A stretch of 64,000 bases of DNA from Candidatus Woesearchaeota archaeon (GCA_964343875.1 CAYFJW010000001.1:81345-145344), one strand, 5' to 3'. Shown: positions 27,690 through 38,094, counted from the first letter of the stretch. Program-made: numbers and translations. The notes: generated by a model from the letters alone, not told the origin.

Positions 27690-29225
27690 CTATAACTTTC
27701 CAAAACTAAGTTTACCACTAATAAGGCTTTTTATTTTAGTATTTAGCTCGTCTATAGCAACTCTTTTCTGTTTCTCTGAATCTCTATCCCTCAATGTAAC
27801 AGTATTATCTTTCAACGTCTGATGATCAACAGTAACACAATATGCAGTCCCAGATTCAGCAGCACGCAAATACCTTTTACCAATACTCCCCGACTGATCA
27901 TATTCAACTATAAATTCATCCTCTAACAACTTCTTAATTTCTTTAGACTTCTCAGGCATCCCCTCTTTCTTCATCAAAGGGAATATGGCAACATCAACCG
28001 GAGCCAACTGATAAGGCAACCTAAACATGGTCTTTCCCTCTTCCTTACCAACCTTAGTATAAAATATATCCAACAAAGCAAACACAGGCCTATCTATGCC
28101 AAATGCTATCTCCAAAACATGGGGAGTAATATCTTTATTATTTGCATCTTTTGCGGTCAAGTTCTGTTTTGAAAACTTAGAGTGCTGTAACAAATCATAA
28201 TCAGTTCTATCATGTATTCCACAAACTTCGGTCCATCCAAAACTATTCAAATTAATCTCAATATCCCATGCATCATCTGCATAGAATGCCTTTTCATCAT
28301 GATGGTGTTGTCTTATCCTAATTCTATCCTCAGGCACACCCAGATTAACAAACTGCTTATATGCCAACCAAACACACCACGCATAAGCTTTGGACTTAAA
28401 GAATTTCTTTTTAATACAGTCTACAACACTAACCATGGAATGTTTCTTGTCGTCTTTCTGACTCTTATAATCCCATATGGGCAACCTATCTTTCTTAACT
28501 TCATCAAACTTATCCCAATTATCTTTTTCACTTGGATCAATGAACAATTGCCCTTCGGCCTGCGTAAACTCTCTACTTCTCAACAAACCCTGCCTTGGGC
28601 TTATCTCGTCCCTAAATGCCTTCCCAATTTGAAAAACGCCTAACGGCAACCTTCTCCTAAAGAACTCATAATATCTCTTAAATGGAATATATGTAACAGT
28701 CGCAGTCTCAGGTCTTAATGAAGATTCAATACCACCTGCAACAGTCTTCATCATCAAACTTTGACTTTTGATCTTTTTCTTCAATTCTCCCTTGCAAGAG
28801 GGGCATCTTATCTTATTCCCACTAATAAAGTCTAACAACTCTGGATCAGAAAAAGCATCGGCACAAACATCATGACTTTCCTCGATTAACTTATCAGCCC
28901 TAAAAACAGATTTACACTTACTACACTCTATAGTCTTATCATTAAAAGTATCTAAATGACCTGAAGCCTTCCAAACAACATCAGGTAAAACGATCGGACA
29001 TTCAACTTCCCAGAAACCATTGCTCTGAAAAGTTCTTTTTACAATCTTCTCAACTTTCTCCTTCAACAACTTACCAAGCGGCCCATAAGAATAGAATCCG
29101 GCCACGCCCCCATAAATCTCTGGAAAAGGACCCCAAACAAAGCCCTTGCTCTGCATAAATGAAGTCAGATCCATTAAGAACTTCTCTCTCTTTTTGACAT
29201 CTACCTTAACTGGTTTGCTAGGCAT
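27690..29225 (-). CDS. glyS: Glycyl-tRNA synthetase (archaeal/eukaryotic class-II type)
   Basis: GFVWGPFPEIYGGVAGFYSYGPLGKLLK N-terminal signature. Class-II motifs and a C-terminal anticodon-binding domain (SIGKRYLRAAESGTAYCVTVDHQTLKDNTVTLRDRD). Confidence 0.8.
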   Translation of the reverse strand: MPSKPVKVDVKKREKFLMDLTSFMQSKGFVWGPFPEIYGGVAGFYSYGPLGKLLKEKVEKIVKRTFQSNGFWEVECPIVLPDVVWKASGHLDTFNDKTIECSKCKSVFRADKLIEESHDVCADAFSDPELLDFISGNKIRCPSCKGELKKKIKSQSLMMKTVAGGIESSLRPETATVTYIPFKRYYEFFRRRLPLGVFQIGKAFRDEISPRQGLLRSREFTQAEGQLFIDPSEKDNWDKFDEVKKDRLPIWDYKSQKDDKKHSMVSVVDCIKKKFFKSKAYAWCVWLAYKQFVNLGVPEDRIRIRQHHHDEKAFYADDAWDIEINLNSFGWTEVCGIHDRTDYDLLQHSKFSKQNLTAKDANNKDITPHVLEIAFGIDRPVFALLDIFYTKVGKEEGKTMFRLPYQLAPVDVAIFPLMKKEGMPEKSKEIKKLLEDEFIVEYDQSGSIGKRYLRAAESGTAYCVTVDHQTLKDNTVTLRDRDSEKQKRVAIDELNTKIKSLISGKLSFGKL

Positions 29226-29278
29226 GGTTAAGCCATATTGGTAAGCTTTATAATGTTTTCCTATAGAATTAGCTTAAA

Positions 29279-30265
29279 ATGTACAAATTCGAAGAAGAGA
29301 AGCTAATCAAGGACATTGAAGAGAAACAACCAAAGAGGATTCTATTACAGCTACCCGAGGGTCTGAAGAAAGAAGGTCTGAGGATCTCCGACTTAATCGC
29401 ATCTAAAACTAAATCTGAAGTAATAATCTCGGGAGAACCATTATGGGGGGCCTGTGACGTAGCAATAAACGAGGCCAAAACACTTGGTTGCGACATGATC
29501 ATAATCTATGGCCACGCACCATTCACAACAGTTGATTTCCCAGTTTTATACCTAGAAGCAAGATATGAAAAAGACATATCTAACTTATTAGAAAAATCAT
29601 ATGAATCACTAAAGAACTTTAAAAAAATAGCAATTGCAACTTCGGTCCAACATATCCACCAAGTAAAAAAAGTAAAAGAATTCTTCGAATCAAAAGGTTT
29701 AGAAGTTACCGTTCCAGAAGCAAAGGGCCATGCATTCTACGACGGCCAAGTTCTTGGATGCGAATATAATTCCTTTAAATTAATTGCAAAAGATGTAGAT
29801 GCGGTATTTATCATAGCAAATAAATTCCATTCATTGGGCGTATCTATGAGCATATCCAAACCGGTTATTTTGCTGGACCCATTCAACGAAAATATTTCAA
29901 ACATGGAAGACTTCAAAAAAGACATCATCAAACAAAGAGCAACAGCTATTGAAACTGCAAGAGAAGCAAATAAAATAGGCGTTATAATTGGAACAAAGGT
30001 CGGACAAAAGTTTGGCTCATTTGACCATATTAAAGAAAAACTAAAAAAGATGGAAAAACAATTTGCATTAATCTCCATGAGCGAAATAACCGAAGATAAG
30101 TTAGTAAACTTGCATGACATTGATGCTTTTGTTGAATTAGCCTGTCCAAGGATAGCAATTGATGCAGCAAGCATGTTCTCAAAACCAATTCTAACAGCAA
30201 GAGAGTTTGCAGTCCTCACAGGAGAACTGACCTGGAAAGATTTACTAGAAAAAGGATTTCTTTAG
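29279..30265 (+). CDS. dph2: Diphthamide biosynthesis protein Dph2 (2-(3-amino-3-carboxypropyl)histidine synthase)
   Basis: ILLQLPEGLKKEGLRISDLI and a three-domain, ~330-aa architecture typical of archaeal Dph2. Confidence 0.7.
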   Translation: MYKFEEEKLIKDIEEKQPKRILLQLPEGLKKEGLRISDLIASKTKSEVIISGEPLWGACDVAINEAKTLGCDMIIIYGHAPFTTVDFPVLYLEARYEKDISNLLEKSYESLKNFKKIAIATSVQHIHQVKKVKEFFESKGLEVTVPEAKGHAFYDGQVLGCEYNSFKLIAKDVDAVFIIANKFHSLGVSMSISKPVILLDPFNENISNMEDFKKDIIKQRATAIETAREANKIGVIIGTKVGQKFGSFDHIKEKLKKMEKQFALISMSEITEDKLVNLHDIDAFVELACPRIAIDAASMFSKPILTAREFAVLTGELTWKDLLEKGFL

Positions 30266-31407
30266 AATATCAACAATAGCAAAGAAGAAACTCCTCCAAG
30301 ATAATAAGCCAAATCCAGTCTACTCCCTAAGAGAATAACAACTATCAAAAACAAAGCCCTTCCAATAAAGAATGAGAACTCTTTGAAAGCTAAAAACTCC
30401 AGTATAGACTTGTTCTTTCTAGAAACATTGTACAAATGGGTCTCAAAGGGGACACCTCTAAATGGCGCAAAGAATCCACTTAAAATCGCCAGACCAACAA
30501 ACAACATAGAACCTAAGTAATAGCCCATCAAACAAAGAACAGCACCAACGCCAAAAACACCAATTCTAAACACCCTCCTAAGACCGACTTTATCAGAAAG
30601 CCTACCAACAAACATAATCAACAAAGCACTAACCAATGAAAACAACCCAAACAAGAAACCTAAGCTACTAATATCTCCGACTGTTAAATAAATTGCAATG
30701 GGTAAAATCCCCATAAAAACAAAACCCGAGAACCCTATAAAAATAACCATAAGCATCTCTTTCAAATACCTCTTTAGCTTATGAAATACCAAGAAATTAA
30801 AGCTCGGGTGATCAACATTCTCCTTAAAGAACAATATTGGGATCAATGAAACAAGCAACATTATGCTAACCAAAAAGAACAAAGCACCAAAACCTAATAC
30901 GCCTGCAATTAAACCTCCAATAACAGGAGCAAAAATTGAAAACAACCTAGGCAATGCAGCGAGTTTTGCCGTCTTACTTCCATGTTTCTTAGCACCCATG
31001 TGCTTTCCAAATAACGATTGTATGGACATAGTATGGAGAGCTGCAGTAAGAGCAAGAGGGATAACGATCAAATAAACATATTTCTGCAATAATGCACTGT
31101 ACTTAAGAAGATGCAATAAAAGTAACATTACAGGCAAAAGAACAGTTCTTACAACAATTACCTCTTTCAATCCAACCTTAGAAATAATGAGTGCATAGAA
31201 CGGGGCAAACAAACCAAAAACAGTCCATTCAACTAAAAACAGAACAAGAACTTGAGTCAAACTAAAACCTATTGTCAACAAATAAATCGGAATAAATATC
31301 CCGACCATAGACAAGGCAAAAACCTGCAGAATTAGGTGTTTATAGATCAATCCAAGCCTATCCTTCAAATGAACAATTTTATCAATATGAAAATTAAAAT
31401 GATGCAT
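30262..31407 (-). CDS. MFS-type transporter
   Basis: About 12 TM helices with MFS-like loops, 381 aa. Confidence 0.55.
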   Translation of the reverse strand: MHHFNFHIDKIVHLKDRLGLIYKHLILQVFALSMVGIFIPIYLLTIGFSLTQVLVLFLVEWTVFGLFAPFYALIISKVGLKEVIVVRTVLLPVMLLLLHLLKYSALLQKYVYLIVIPLALTAALHTMSIQSLFGKHMGAKKHGSKTAKLAALPRLFSIFAPVIGGLIAGVLGFGALFFLVSIMLLVSLIPILFFKENVDHPSFNFLVFHKLKRYLKEMLMVIFIGFSGFVFMGILPIAIYLTVGDISSLGFLFGLFSLVSALLIMFVGRLSDKVGLRRVFRIGVFGVGAVLCLMGYYLGSMLFVGLAILSGFFAPFRGVPFETHLYNVSRKNKSILEFLAFKEFSFFIGRALFLIVVILLGSRLDLAYYLGGVSSLLLLIF

Positions 31408-31441
31408 GAAAAAAAGATAATCAGCCAGTATTTAAAACTCA

Positions 31442-32020
31442 CTAAGAACTAAGCTCTAAAACAGCCTCAAGTGCAGAAGGAACTTCGCTAATGTTAGACT
31501 CAGGATCAAAATGGCCCTGCCCGTGCTCAATTATAATCTTGGCACCTAATTTTTCCTTAAAAATTTCAGAGTCTTCTACAGCCACACAAGGATCGTTATC
31601 AGAAAAGATAGCTACTAGCCTGCCTTCAAGCATCGCCCTTAGTTTCTCAAAATTTATAGGCGTCTCTAACCAGGGCTTCGCAATTACTTTCTCTTCTTCA
31701 GGATCTTCGTAACCTTCTTCTTTCAAATTAAAGAATCCTGCAACAAATACAACGCCCCCCGCAGGCCCATCAACGGTTTCTAAATATCTCATTATAGTTT
31801 GACAACCAATGGAGTGACCTACAAAATAAGTGTTCTCATCTACATTTCCAACTTGCTCTCTAAGAAAATTAACCCATGAATTTATTTCAGGATTATCTGC
31901 ATTTGGCATTGCCGGAACATTAACTTCGTAACCCTTCTCTCCTAACTCACCTTTAATCCAATTTAACCATGGCTCACTAGGACTTCCACTCCATCCATGA
32001 ATTACAAAAACCCTTTTCAT
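31442..32020 (-). CDS. Alpha/beta serine hydrolase of the RBBP9/YdeN family
   Basis: VFVIHGWSGSPSEPW N-terminus. Nucleophile elbow GHSIGC. 192 aa. Confidence 0.65.
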   Translation of the reverse strand: MKRVFVIHGWSGSPSEPWLNWIKGELGEKGYEVNVPAMPNADNPEINSWVNFLREQVGNVDENTYFVGHSIGCQTIMRYLETVDGPAGGVVFVAGFFNLKEEGYEDPEEEKVIAKPWLETPINFEKLRAMLEGRLVAIFSDNDPCVAVEDSEIFKEKLGAKIIIEHGQGHFDPESNISEVPSALEAVLELSS

Positions 32021-32562
32021 TTTTTAACCTTCAACTTCTCAACAACTGCTTTATCAGATATAATCCCGCTATTTCCCGTAGGATCCTCAATTATAATCTT
32101 TATTGGAATGTCTCCACATTGAACTTTCCATAATTTCTTCAACAAATTCTTAACAGACTTCCTTTCACTTTCATCGTCAGTCGTATCTCTACGTGTCTCT
32201 AAAACTTTCTTAAACCTGTTTAAAACCCCTTCAACATTAGAAACATAACCTTCTGCAGCCGGACCAGGTCTTAAATCCAATTTCAAAGCAGGAACCTTAA
32301 CGCTTGCAGTGGAACTTCTTATAACCCTCGCAGAAAGATCTTTTTTATCCTTAACTTCAAACGTAACTTTGCAAGGATCCTTCACTTCAGCAGCCTCAAC
32401 ATCCGATTTAACATAATTACATTTGGTATTATCACATTTCATAGAAAAAACAAACACTTTCCCAAAATAAGGGATATCTAACTCATCTTGCATCAAGGTA
32501 AGAGTCTTCTTCCCACAAAAAATACACTTCTGACCCTTCAGTTCTTCCATAGAATTAGTCAA
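32017..32562 (-). CDS. ZPR1-type zinc-finger protein
   Basis: CIFCGKKTLTLMQDELDIPYFGKVFVFSMKCDNTKCNY zinc ribbon, and C-terminal EDPTGNSGII (ZPR1 DP.GNS motif). Confidence 0.65.
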   Translation of the reverse strand: MTNSMEELKGQKCIFCGKKTLTLMQDELDIPYFGKVFVFSMKCDNTKCNYVKSDVEAAEVKDPCKVTFEVKDKKDLSARVIRSSTASVKVPALKLDLRPGPAAEGYVSNVEGVLNRFKKVLETRRDTTDDESERKSVKNLLKKLWKVQCGDIPIKIIIEDPTGNSGIISDKAVVEKLKVKK

Positions 32563-32581
32563 ATATTACAACTTAAAAAGA

Positions 32582-32980
32582 TTATCCTTTAACTTCTTCA
32601 GTTGCTCTATCCCTGTGAACTCTTGCGAATGAAGGAGTAACAACAATCCAATCTTCAGATATTCCTGCAATATCCCCTTCGATTGCATCACATGTCTTCT
32701 TCAATTTATTAATAGTCCTTTTCAGTTCTACAATGTCCTTGTCCTTCAAGGGCCGGATATTAATCAATGCAATTGTATAACCTTCCCTAAGAACATTCAA
32801 GGTCTCTTTAATATCATCAAAGCTTCGTACTACAAAAGATTTAACCATTATCTTAGAACGACTTCCAACATGTTTTGTAGAATCAATTTCAACAAATTCA
32901 TCTTCGCCATACATATCATCAAATTCGTCTGCCTTGCTTCCGATGCCCAAAGAGCTTCTTATTCTTGAGATTATTGCCAT
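32582..32980 (-). CDS. sepF: SepF-like cell-division protein (DUF552)
   Basis: The C-terminal domain pattern (VVRSFDDIKETLNVLREGYTIALINIRPL...) resembles SepF. FtsZ is 2.7 kb away. Confidence 0.55.
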   Translation of the reverse strand: MAIISRIRSSLGIGSKADEFDDMYGEDEFVEIDSTKHVGSRSKIMVKSFVVRSFDDIKETLNVLREGYTIALINIRPLKDKDIVELKRTINKLKKTCDAIEGDIAGISEDWIVVTPSFARVHRDRATEEVKG

Positions 32981-33039
32981 TTTTCTATCCGTTCATTGAT
33001 TACTAGTCTGGAGTGGTATATAAAAATTTCTGTGAATCA

Positions 33040-33327
33040 CTACTTACTTTCCAGTGCACTTATAATACTCCACAGCTGAGTCCGGGTAAACATAGGAATA
33101 TTCGGATCATTTGACAATTCATCAAGGCATTGGATTGCCCTATCAATAATGACTTCAACTGAAGAGTCACCATTGTCTTTTAAACAAGAAATTGTCTCAG
33201 TAACCTTGAATCTAACATTCCTTGGAACAGTATTGTCTTCTTGAATTGAAGATAATAACTCCAGAACGTTACCCATATTTTCCATTTTTATTTCTCCGCG
33301 AATATCTCTAATTAATCCTACAGGCAA
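33040..33327 (-). CDS. UPF0147-family protein
   Basis: LSSIQEDNTVPRNVRFKVTETI...LDELSNDPNIPMFTRTQLWSIISALE matches the archaeal UPF0147 pattern. Confidence 0.65.
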   Translation of the reverse strand: MPVGLIRDIRGEIKMENMGNVLELLSSIQEDNTVPRNVRFKVTETISCLKDNGDSSVEVIIDRAIQCLDELSNDPNIPMFTRTQLWSIISALESK

Positions 33328-33340
33328 CCAGTTTAAAAAA

Positions 33341-33688
33341 TTAATTGTTCTTCTGACTCTGGTTTATATTTTCCATAATTTTAGCCTGTATCTCTTCAAA
33401 CTGTTTTTTCAAGCTACTTTCCTGCTTGTTCATGCTTTCAGCCCTTACTTTCAACAGCTCAATCTTCTCTTTTAAGCTATTAACCAAATCATTCTTGTTT
33501 GACTCAATCATTACCGGCCCCACAATCTTGAAGGGTCTTCCATCATAACCTTCTAACTCCTTCAATGAATTCTCAGATTCAAATAATTGCAATTGGACAT
33601 TCTGCTTTTGCATCTCCATGCCCTTCAAACTTTGTTCAAGAACCTGAAGTCTTGAGATTTCCGCCTCGATATTTACTTTTTCAGTCAT
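33341..33688 (-). CDS. pfdB: Prefoldin beta subunit
   Basis: Coiled coil, a single hairpin (GRPFKIVGPVMIE), coiled coil. 115 aa. Confidence 0.75.
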   Translation of the reverse strand: MTEKVNIEAEISRLQVLEQSLKGMEMQKQNVQLQLFESENSLKELEGYDGRPFKIVGPVMIESNKNDLVNSLKEKIELLKVRAESMNKQESSLKKQFEEIQAKIMENINQSQKNN

Positions 33689-33689
33689 T

Positions 33690-33827
33690 TTAAACCGCCT
33701 TAACTTTTACAGAAGTAACCCTTTCTTTGTAAAGAACTTTGTAACCACAATAAGGGCACCTTATTTTTTTCTTAACATAGTCTTGCTTTACTTGCTTACT
33801 ACAATTAAAACATTTGTACGAAGTCAT
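33690..33827 (-). CDS. rpoP: DNA-directed RNA polymerase subunit P (Rpo12/RpoP) zinc ribbon
   Basis: Hand translation gives MTSYKCFNCSKQVKQDYVKKKIRCPYCGYKVLYKERVTSVKVKAV (45 aa, CxxC...CxxC). Its ATGA overlaps the eL43 gene stop, the classic L37ae-rpoP pair. Too short to appear in the ORF track. Confidence 0.7.
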   Translation of the reverse strand: MTSYKCFNCSKQVKQDYVKKKIRCPYCGYKVLYKERVTSVKVKAV

Positions 33828-34030
33828 GGTGTGTACGCTCCTCCAGTAAACTTGCTATCACATTTCTTGCACTGATAGATTCCCAATGAAACTCTCTTAA
33901 CTTTAATTTCATCACAATAAGGGCATTTATGCATAGCCTTCTGTTTAGATTCAATACGATTTACCTTTCTTCTAATCTTAATTCCATATCTTGCACCAAA
34001 CCTACCGGCCGGTCCTTTTGTATTTGCCAT
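33824..34030 (-). CDS. rpl37ae: 50S ribosomal protein eL43 (L37ae)
   Basis: MANTKGPAGRFGARYG...CPYCDEIKVKRVSLGIYQCKKCDSKF zinc ribbon. Confidence 0.88.
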   Translation of the reverse strand: MANTKGPAGRFGARYGIKIRRKVNRIESKQKAMHKCPYCDEIKVKRVSLGIYQCKKCDSKFTGGAYTP

Positions 34031-34040
34031 TTTAAATCAA

Positions 34041-34114
34041 TGAGGCTGCACGGATTTGAACCGTGATCCCCAGGTCCCAAACCTGGAAGGCTAACCAAGT
34101 TACCCCACAGCCTC
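34041..34114 (-). tRNA. tRNA-Pro (anticodon TGG)
   Basis: GAGGCTG acceptor fully paired with CAGCCTC, anticodon stem CCAGG/CCTGG, loop TTTGGGA, T-arm GGTTCAAATCC, discriminator A. Confidence 0.8.
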
Positions 34115-34129
34115 TTTGGGAGCACCAGG

Positions 34130-34831
34130 TTATTTCTTTGATTCCTCCTTCTTATCTTCTTTTTTCTCTTCAGCTTTGTCTTCTGTCTTAGCTTCAGTAG
34201 CCTCTCCTTCCGTAGTCGGAGCAGCTTCTCCAGGAGGTTTCTCTTCCTTAGCGCCCTTTGCTTTCTTCTTAGCGAAAGCCTTATCCATCTCTAATTGAAC
34301 AGCATCCAACTGCTCCTTTAAAGCTTTGGCTTTTTCAGGGCCCAATTCAGTATTTCCTGACTTAATAGTATCATCAAACTTCCCTTTTTCTAGCAACTCA
34401 TTGAATGCATGTGAATTAACACCTTCAACCAACACACCCAAACTATTGCATGTGCCTGCAACAGCTTTTATTGCGGCCTTAATATCTGTTGTAAACAAAC
34501 TTTCAGATTTCATTTTAGCAACCTTCAACAACTGCTCAATTGAAATGTTTCCAACTTTCTTCTTCTCGGGTTCGCCACTGCCTTTCTGTATTTTCAACTC
34601 ACTCTTAATTAGTTCAGCGGCAGGCGGACTTTTTACAGTAATCTCATAAGTCTTGTCCTTCTCATTTACATCTAATTCAACAGGAACTTTTAATCCCTTA
34701 TAAGTTTCAGTCTTATCATTAATATCTTTAAGGATGCCCTGCATATCCATCTTCAATGGACCCAAAGTCTGTGCCATCGCAGGAGATGTACTAGCTTTCC
34801 CGCCCTCAACCATCAATTTTATTTTTACCAT
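34130..34831 (-). CDS. rpl11: 50S ribosomal protein uL11 with a long Lys/Glu/Ala-rich C-terminal extension
   Basis: N-terminal VEGGKASTSPAMAQTLGPLKMDMQGILKDIN is uL11-like. A ~70-aa tail carries EKAKALKEQ...KKEDKKEESKK. Confidence 0.8.
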   Translation of the reverse strand: MVKIKLMVEGGKASTSPAMAQTLGPLKMDMQGILKDINDKTETYKGLKVPVELDVNEKDKTYEITVKSPPAAELIKSELKIQKGSGEPEKKKVGNISIEQLLKVAKMKSESLFTTDIKAAIKAVAGTCNSLGVLVEGVNSHAFNELLEKGKFDDTIKSGNTELGPEKAKALKEQLDAVQLEMDKAFAKKKAKGAKEEKPPGEAAPTTEGEATEAKTEDKAEEKKEDKKEESKK

Positions 34832-34833
34832 TT

Positions 34834-35478
34834 TTACAAGTTAATATTAAAGTCATCATCATCCATGGTCATATCCACATCGTCAACAACTCTCTTATCC
34901 TTCTTCTTTTTCTTCTTTTTATCTTCCCCTTCTTTCTCTTCTCCACCTTCTTCTTTCATAACCTCTTCAACGGACTCCTTAACTTCAACCTTTTCTTCAG
35001 GAACACTTTCCCTATTCATTATTTTTTCAGCTTCAGTTTCATCTCTTCGAATTACCTTCACGGAATCCATCTTAACTGTTATTGGAATTGGAACAGCTGC
35101 TTCCAACAACTCAACAACAACTTCATCTTTAGCATGATCAATTCTTGTAACTTTAGCTTCCTCCCTCTTGAAAGGACCACTAATAATTTCTACAACATCG
35201 CCTTGTATAATGTTAACCTGAACCTTAACTTGTTCAAGCATATGTTCAATTTCTTTGTAATCGATTGGAGCAGGTAAAAGCCCTCTCGCATAGGGAACTT
35301 TTTGATAAGACTCTTCAGCATCTTCCCTATTCTCTGCTTCTAGAAAGATGTAACCTCTAAGTCCATGAGCCTTTATCACACTATAAACGCCGAGACCTTT
35401 CTTCTCTACATTTACCTTGACAAAGTCAAATACTTGATCTTCCCTGTTTGATGTTGTTCTTAATGCAAAAATTGGCAT
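34834..35478 (-). CDS. spt5: Transcription elongation factor Spt5 (archaeal NusG) with an acidic C-terminal extension
   Basis: NGN domain (IFALRTTSNREDQV...GYIFLEA) and a KOW (GDVVEIISGPFKREEAKV). The tail is ...KKKKKKDKRVVDDVDMTMDDDDFNINL. Confidence 0.8.
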   Translation of the reverse strand: MPIFALRTTSNREDQVFDFVKVNVEKKGLGVYSVIKAHGLRGYIFLEAENREDAEESYQKVPYARGLLPAPIDYKEIEHMLEQVKVQVNIIQGDVVEIISGPFKREEAKVTRIDHAKDEVVVELLEAAVPIPITVKMDSVKVIRRDETEAEKIMNRESVPEEKVEVKESVEEVMKEEGGEEKEGEDKKKKKKKDKRVVDDVDMTMDDDDFNINL

Positions 35479-35487
35479 ATTTTCTCC

Positions 35488-35673
35488 TCAACTAAACATT
35501 TGCCACACAATTTGGATAAAAAATCCAATTATGCCTATTATAAGTATTCCTATACCACTTACTTTCACTATAACCTTAAACTCTTCCATGGAAGGCTTCT
35601 TGGTCACTTTAAAGACCCTTATAATCTCCCTGAAGAAAGTTTTTACCTTTGATACCACGGGCTTTTCACTCAA
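35488..35673 (-). CDS. secE: Protein translocase subunit SecE (Sec61 gamma)
   Basis: 61 aa with a single C-terminal TM helix, immediately upstream of spt5. Confidence 0.75.
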   Translation of the reverse strand: MSEKPVVSKVKTFFREIIRVFKVTKKPSMEEFKVIVKVSGIGILIIGIIGFFIQIVWQMFS

Positions 35674-35717
35674 TCTTGCTTTTTAAAGTTTTTGATAATA
35701 CCCTACAGAGAGCCTCT

Positions 35718-36839
35718 CTACTGCATATCATCAAGAAAATCTATACCTAGTTCCTGCTCAATAGCTTGCTTTGCCTTCTTTGAAGCATCACTAGTTCTTC
35801 CACTTATTTGAGTACTATCTACTCCTGTAACGATCAGCATTGTCCTTATAGTCTTAGACAAATCATCAGATACTTGAGCGCCCCATATGATCTTGGCATC
35901 ATCACTTAGCTGCTTAGAAACAGATTCTACAACAGTCTTAGCTTCATCTAATGTCATATCTGGACCACCAGAAACGTTAACCAGTGCCCCATTTGCACCA
36001 CTAATGTCAATGTCTAACAATGGATTTGTTAAAGCCTTCCCAACACTTTCAATAGCCCTATTCTCAGAATCACTTTCACCAACACCGATCATAGCAACTC
36101 CGCCCTGACCCATTACTGTTTTAATATCGGCAAAGTCCAAGTTAACTAATCCAGTCCTTGTAATTAATTCGGCTATACCCTTTACCGAATTTGTTAATAT
36201 TTCATCTGCAACTCTAAAGGCAGTTTGTAATGGCAAGTCTGGAGCCAACTCCAACAACTTATCATTGGGAATAACAATTAAAGTATCAACATTTTTCTCT
36301 AACTTTTCCAAACCAAGCATAGCATTCTCATATCTATTCTGCCCTTCCATCTGAAATGGAATTGTCACAATTGCAATTGTTAATGCGCCAACCTTTCTTG
36401 CTTGCTCAGCAACAACAGGGGCACTTCCAGTTCCAGTTCCACCGCCAAGTCCACAAGTAATAAACACCATATCTGCACCCTGCAATTTATTTTTTATCTC
36501 ATGTTCACTTTCTTTTGCAGCTTCTTCACCAATTGTAGGCTTACCGCCTGCACCTAAACCAAGGGTACTCTCCCTTCCCAATAAAATCTTAGAATCTGCA
36601 GCAGCATAAAGTAGATCTTGAGCATCAGTATTTGCCGCAATTATCTCTGTTCCAGCAATGCCGACCTCTTTAATCCTGTTGATAGTATTGTTCCCAGCAC
36701 CGCCCAGTCCAATAACTTTAATCCTAGCGGACTGACTTTTTACCAAACTCTCAAGCTCTTCATCGAACGAAGTACGAGAATTTTGTAGGTGCTCAGGATT
36801 CGCTCCTGCCATTTTTGCGCTCTGAATCATACTTTCCAT
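35718..36839 (-). CDS. ftsZ: Cell division GTPase FtsZ
   Basis: [16 protein letters not shown] and the [13 protein letters not shown] tubulin signature. Confidence 0.92.
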   Translation of the reverse strand: MESMIQSAKMAGANPEHLQNSRTSFDEELESLVKSQSARIKVIGLGGAGNNTINRIKEVGIAGTEIIAANTDAQDLLYAAADSKILLGRESTLGLGAGGKPTIGEEAAKESEHEIKNKLQGADMVFITCGLGGGTGTGSAPVVAEQARKVGALTIAIVTIPFQMEGQNRYENAMLGLEKLEKNVDTLIVIPNDKLLELAPDLPLQTAFRVADEILTNSVKGIAELITRTGLVNLDFADIKTVMGQGGVAMIGVGESDSENRAIESVGKALTNPLLDIDISGANGALVNVSGGPDMTLDEAKTVVESVSKQLSDDAKIIWGAQVSDDLSKTIRTMLIVTGVDSTQISGRTSDASKKAKQAIEQELGIDFLDDMQ

Positions 36840-36913
36840 GATAGTTCACTTCTTTTAGAACCTTGACTAAATCATAAAGAAATCGGTATATAAACTTAAT
36901 TATCTTTTAGTAG

Positions 36914-37582
36914 TTACTTCTTCTTTTTAACCTCTTTTTTCTCAGAAGCCTTACCAAACTTAACTTTTTTAACGCCCTTAACTATGCTACAAATCTTCTC
37001 TTCCAAAACTTTCTGGAATTGCTCGGGCATATCCAAGTCTACATTAGCAACATCTTTAGTTACGGAACATTCAACATCCCTCGAGAGCAGCCCCTTAAGA
37101 ATGCTCTTAACCTTCATAGCATCATCTTTAATTTCTCTTTTAACATCCACATCATAGTGGACTTCCTTCCCAGCTACTGGGTGATTAAAATCAACTAAAA
37201 CTCTGCCACCAGAAACAGTCCTTATTATTCCAAACATTCCATCAATATTAACTTGCAATCCTGGAAAAGGTTTCATATCCTGCTTCTTAAACGTACTTAA
37301 CGGCAACATCTTAATCAGTTTTGCATCCTTCTTGCCAAAAGCATCTCCAACGCTCAAATCAAGATCATAACTCTTCCCAACAGCCTTTCCAACTAAGAAA
37401 TCATCCAACCCCCTTACAACATCTCCATTACCAACACAGATTATTCTTGGAGAATAGTCTGCACTCTTGTTAGCAACCTTCTCTTTTTCAGCAACATCTC
37501 TTTTAGTCAAATCAAAAATAGCTCCACTATCTTTAATTCTTCCAACGAAATCAATCTCAATAAAATCGCCTTTCTTAATCAT
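36914..37582 (-). CDS. FKBP-type peptidyl-prolyl cis-trans isomerase (SlyD-like, with IF insert and Lys-rich tail)
   Basis: GDFIEIDFVGRIKDSGAIFD...VDFNHPVAGKEVHYDVDV are classic FKBP/SlyD motifs. Confidence 0.85.
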   Translation of the reverse strand: MIKKGDFIEIDFVGRIKDSGAIFDLTKRDVAEKEKVANKSADYSPRIICVGNGDVVRGLDDFLVGKAVGKSYDLDLSVGDAFGKKDAKLIKMLPLSTFKKQDMKPFPGLQVNIDGMFGIIRTVSGGRVLVDFNHPVAGKEVHYDVDVKREIKDDAMKVKSILKGLLSRDVECSVTKDVANVDLDMPEQFQKVLEEKICSIVKGVKKVKFGKASEKKEVKKKK

Positions 37583-37625
37583 TTTAAAAAATCTAGATTT
37601 TCAATATTTAAGCTTTCTTCTTTTA

Positions 37626-38030
37626 CTACACAGCTCTATGGAATGGAACCTTTCTATAAACTTTACTAGGGCGCATTTCCCTTTTTGGTCTAGGTCCTTT
37701 AGTAATGGACCCCCTTAATCCTAAACCACTAACAAATCTATCTATCGGATCTCTTTCCCTATAGGCATTCTCCTCTAAGACCAATCTTTCATCTTCTCGT
37801 GGAATTGGAACCCTGTTAGGCAATGAGACGTCTCCGAGAACAAGGGATGTTTCCAATCCAGAAGGAGGTATCATTTCTCCAAGAGGTCGGATAGTCTCCC
37901 TTTTTGTTCCATCATAATCACTAACAAAAACAAATAGTGCCGCACTAGCCACAACAGAAGAAAAACTTGTTGCAGCCTCATAAAATGAATTAAGAGATAT
38001 ATTCATAACAAATCCCACACCAACCCTCAT
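37626..38030 (-). CDS. Hypothetical protein (compositionally atypical, Arg/Pro-rich)
   Basis: It is the only long ORF in a 510-nt gap. GC is higher than in neighbours. No family recognised. Confidence 0.3.
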   Translation of the reverse strand: MRVGVGFVMNISLNSFYEAATSFSSVVASAALFVFVSDYDGTKRETIRPLGEMIPPSGLETSLVLGDVSLPNRVPIPREDERLVLEENAYRERDPIDRFVSGLGLRGSITKGPRPKREMRPSKVYRKVPFHRAV

Positions 38031-38094
38031 TTATAAAAATTATGATCTAATTTCAAGCAAAATACTTATAAATGTCCCCAGAGACATCTCCAGA

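Noticed and set aside
34116-35137. Plus-strand ORFs 34116-34298, 34326-34649 and 34865-35137, antisense to rpl11 and spt5
   Set aside because: They are antisense to conserved genes and Ser/Phe-rich low complexity, mirroring the K/E-rich tails.
37583-38094. Structured ncRNA (RNase P or SRP RNA), considered for the 510-nt region lacking a track-confirmed conserved gene
   Set aside because: No conserved RNase P (GGAAAGTCC-like) or SRP helix-8 motifs were seen. The region contains a continuous 134-aa ORF with coding-like periodicity, so it is reported as a hypothetical CDS instead.
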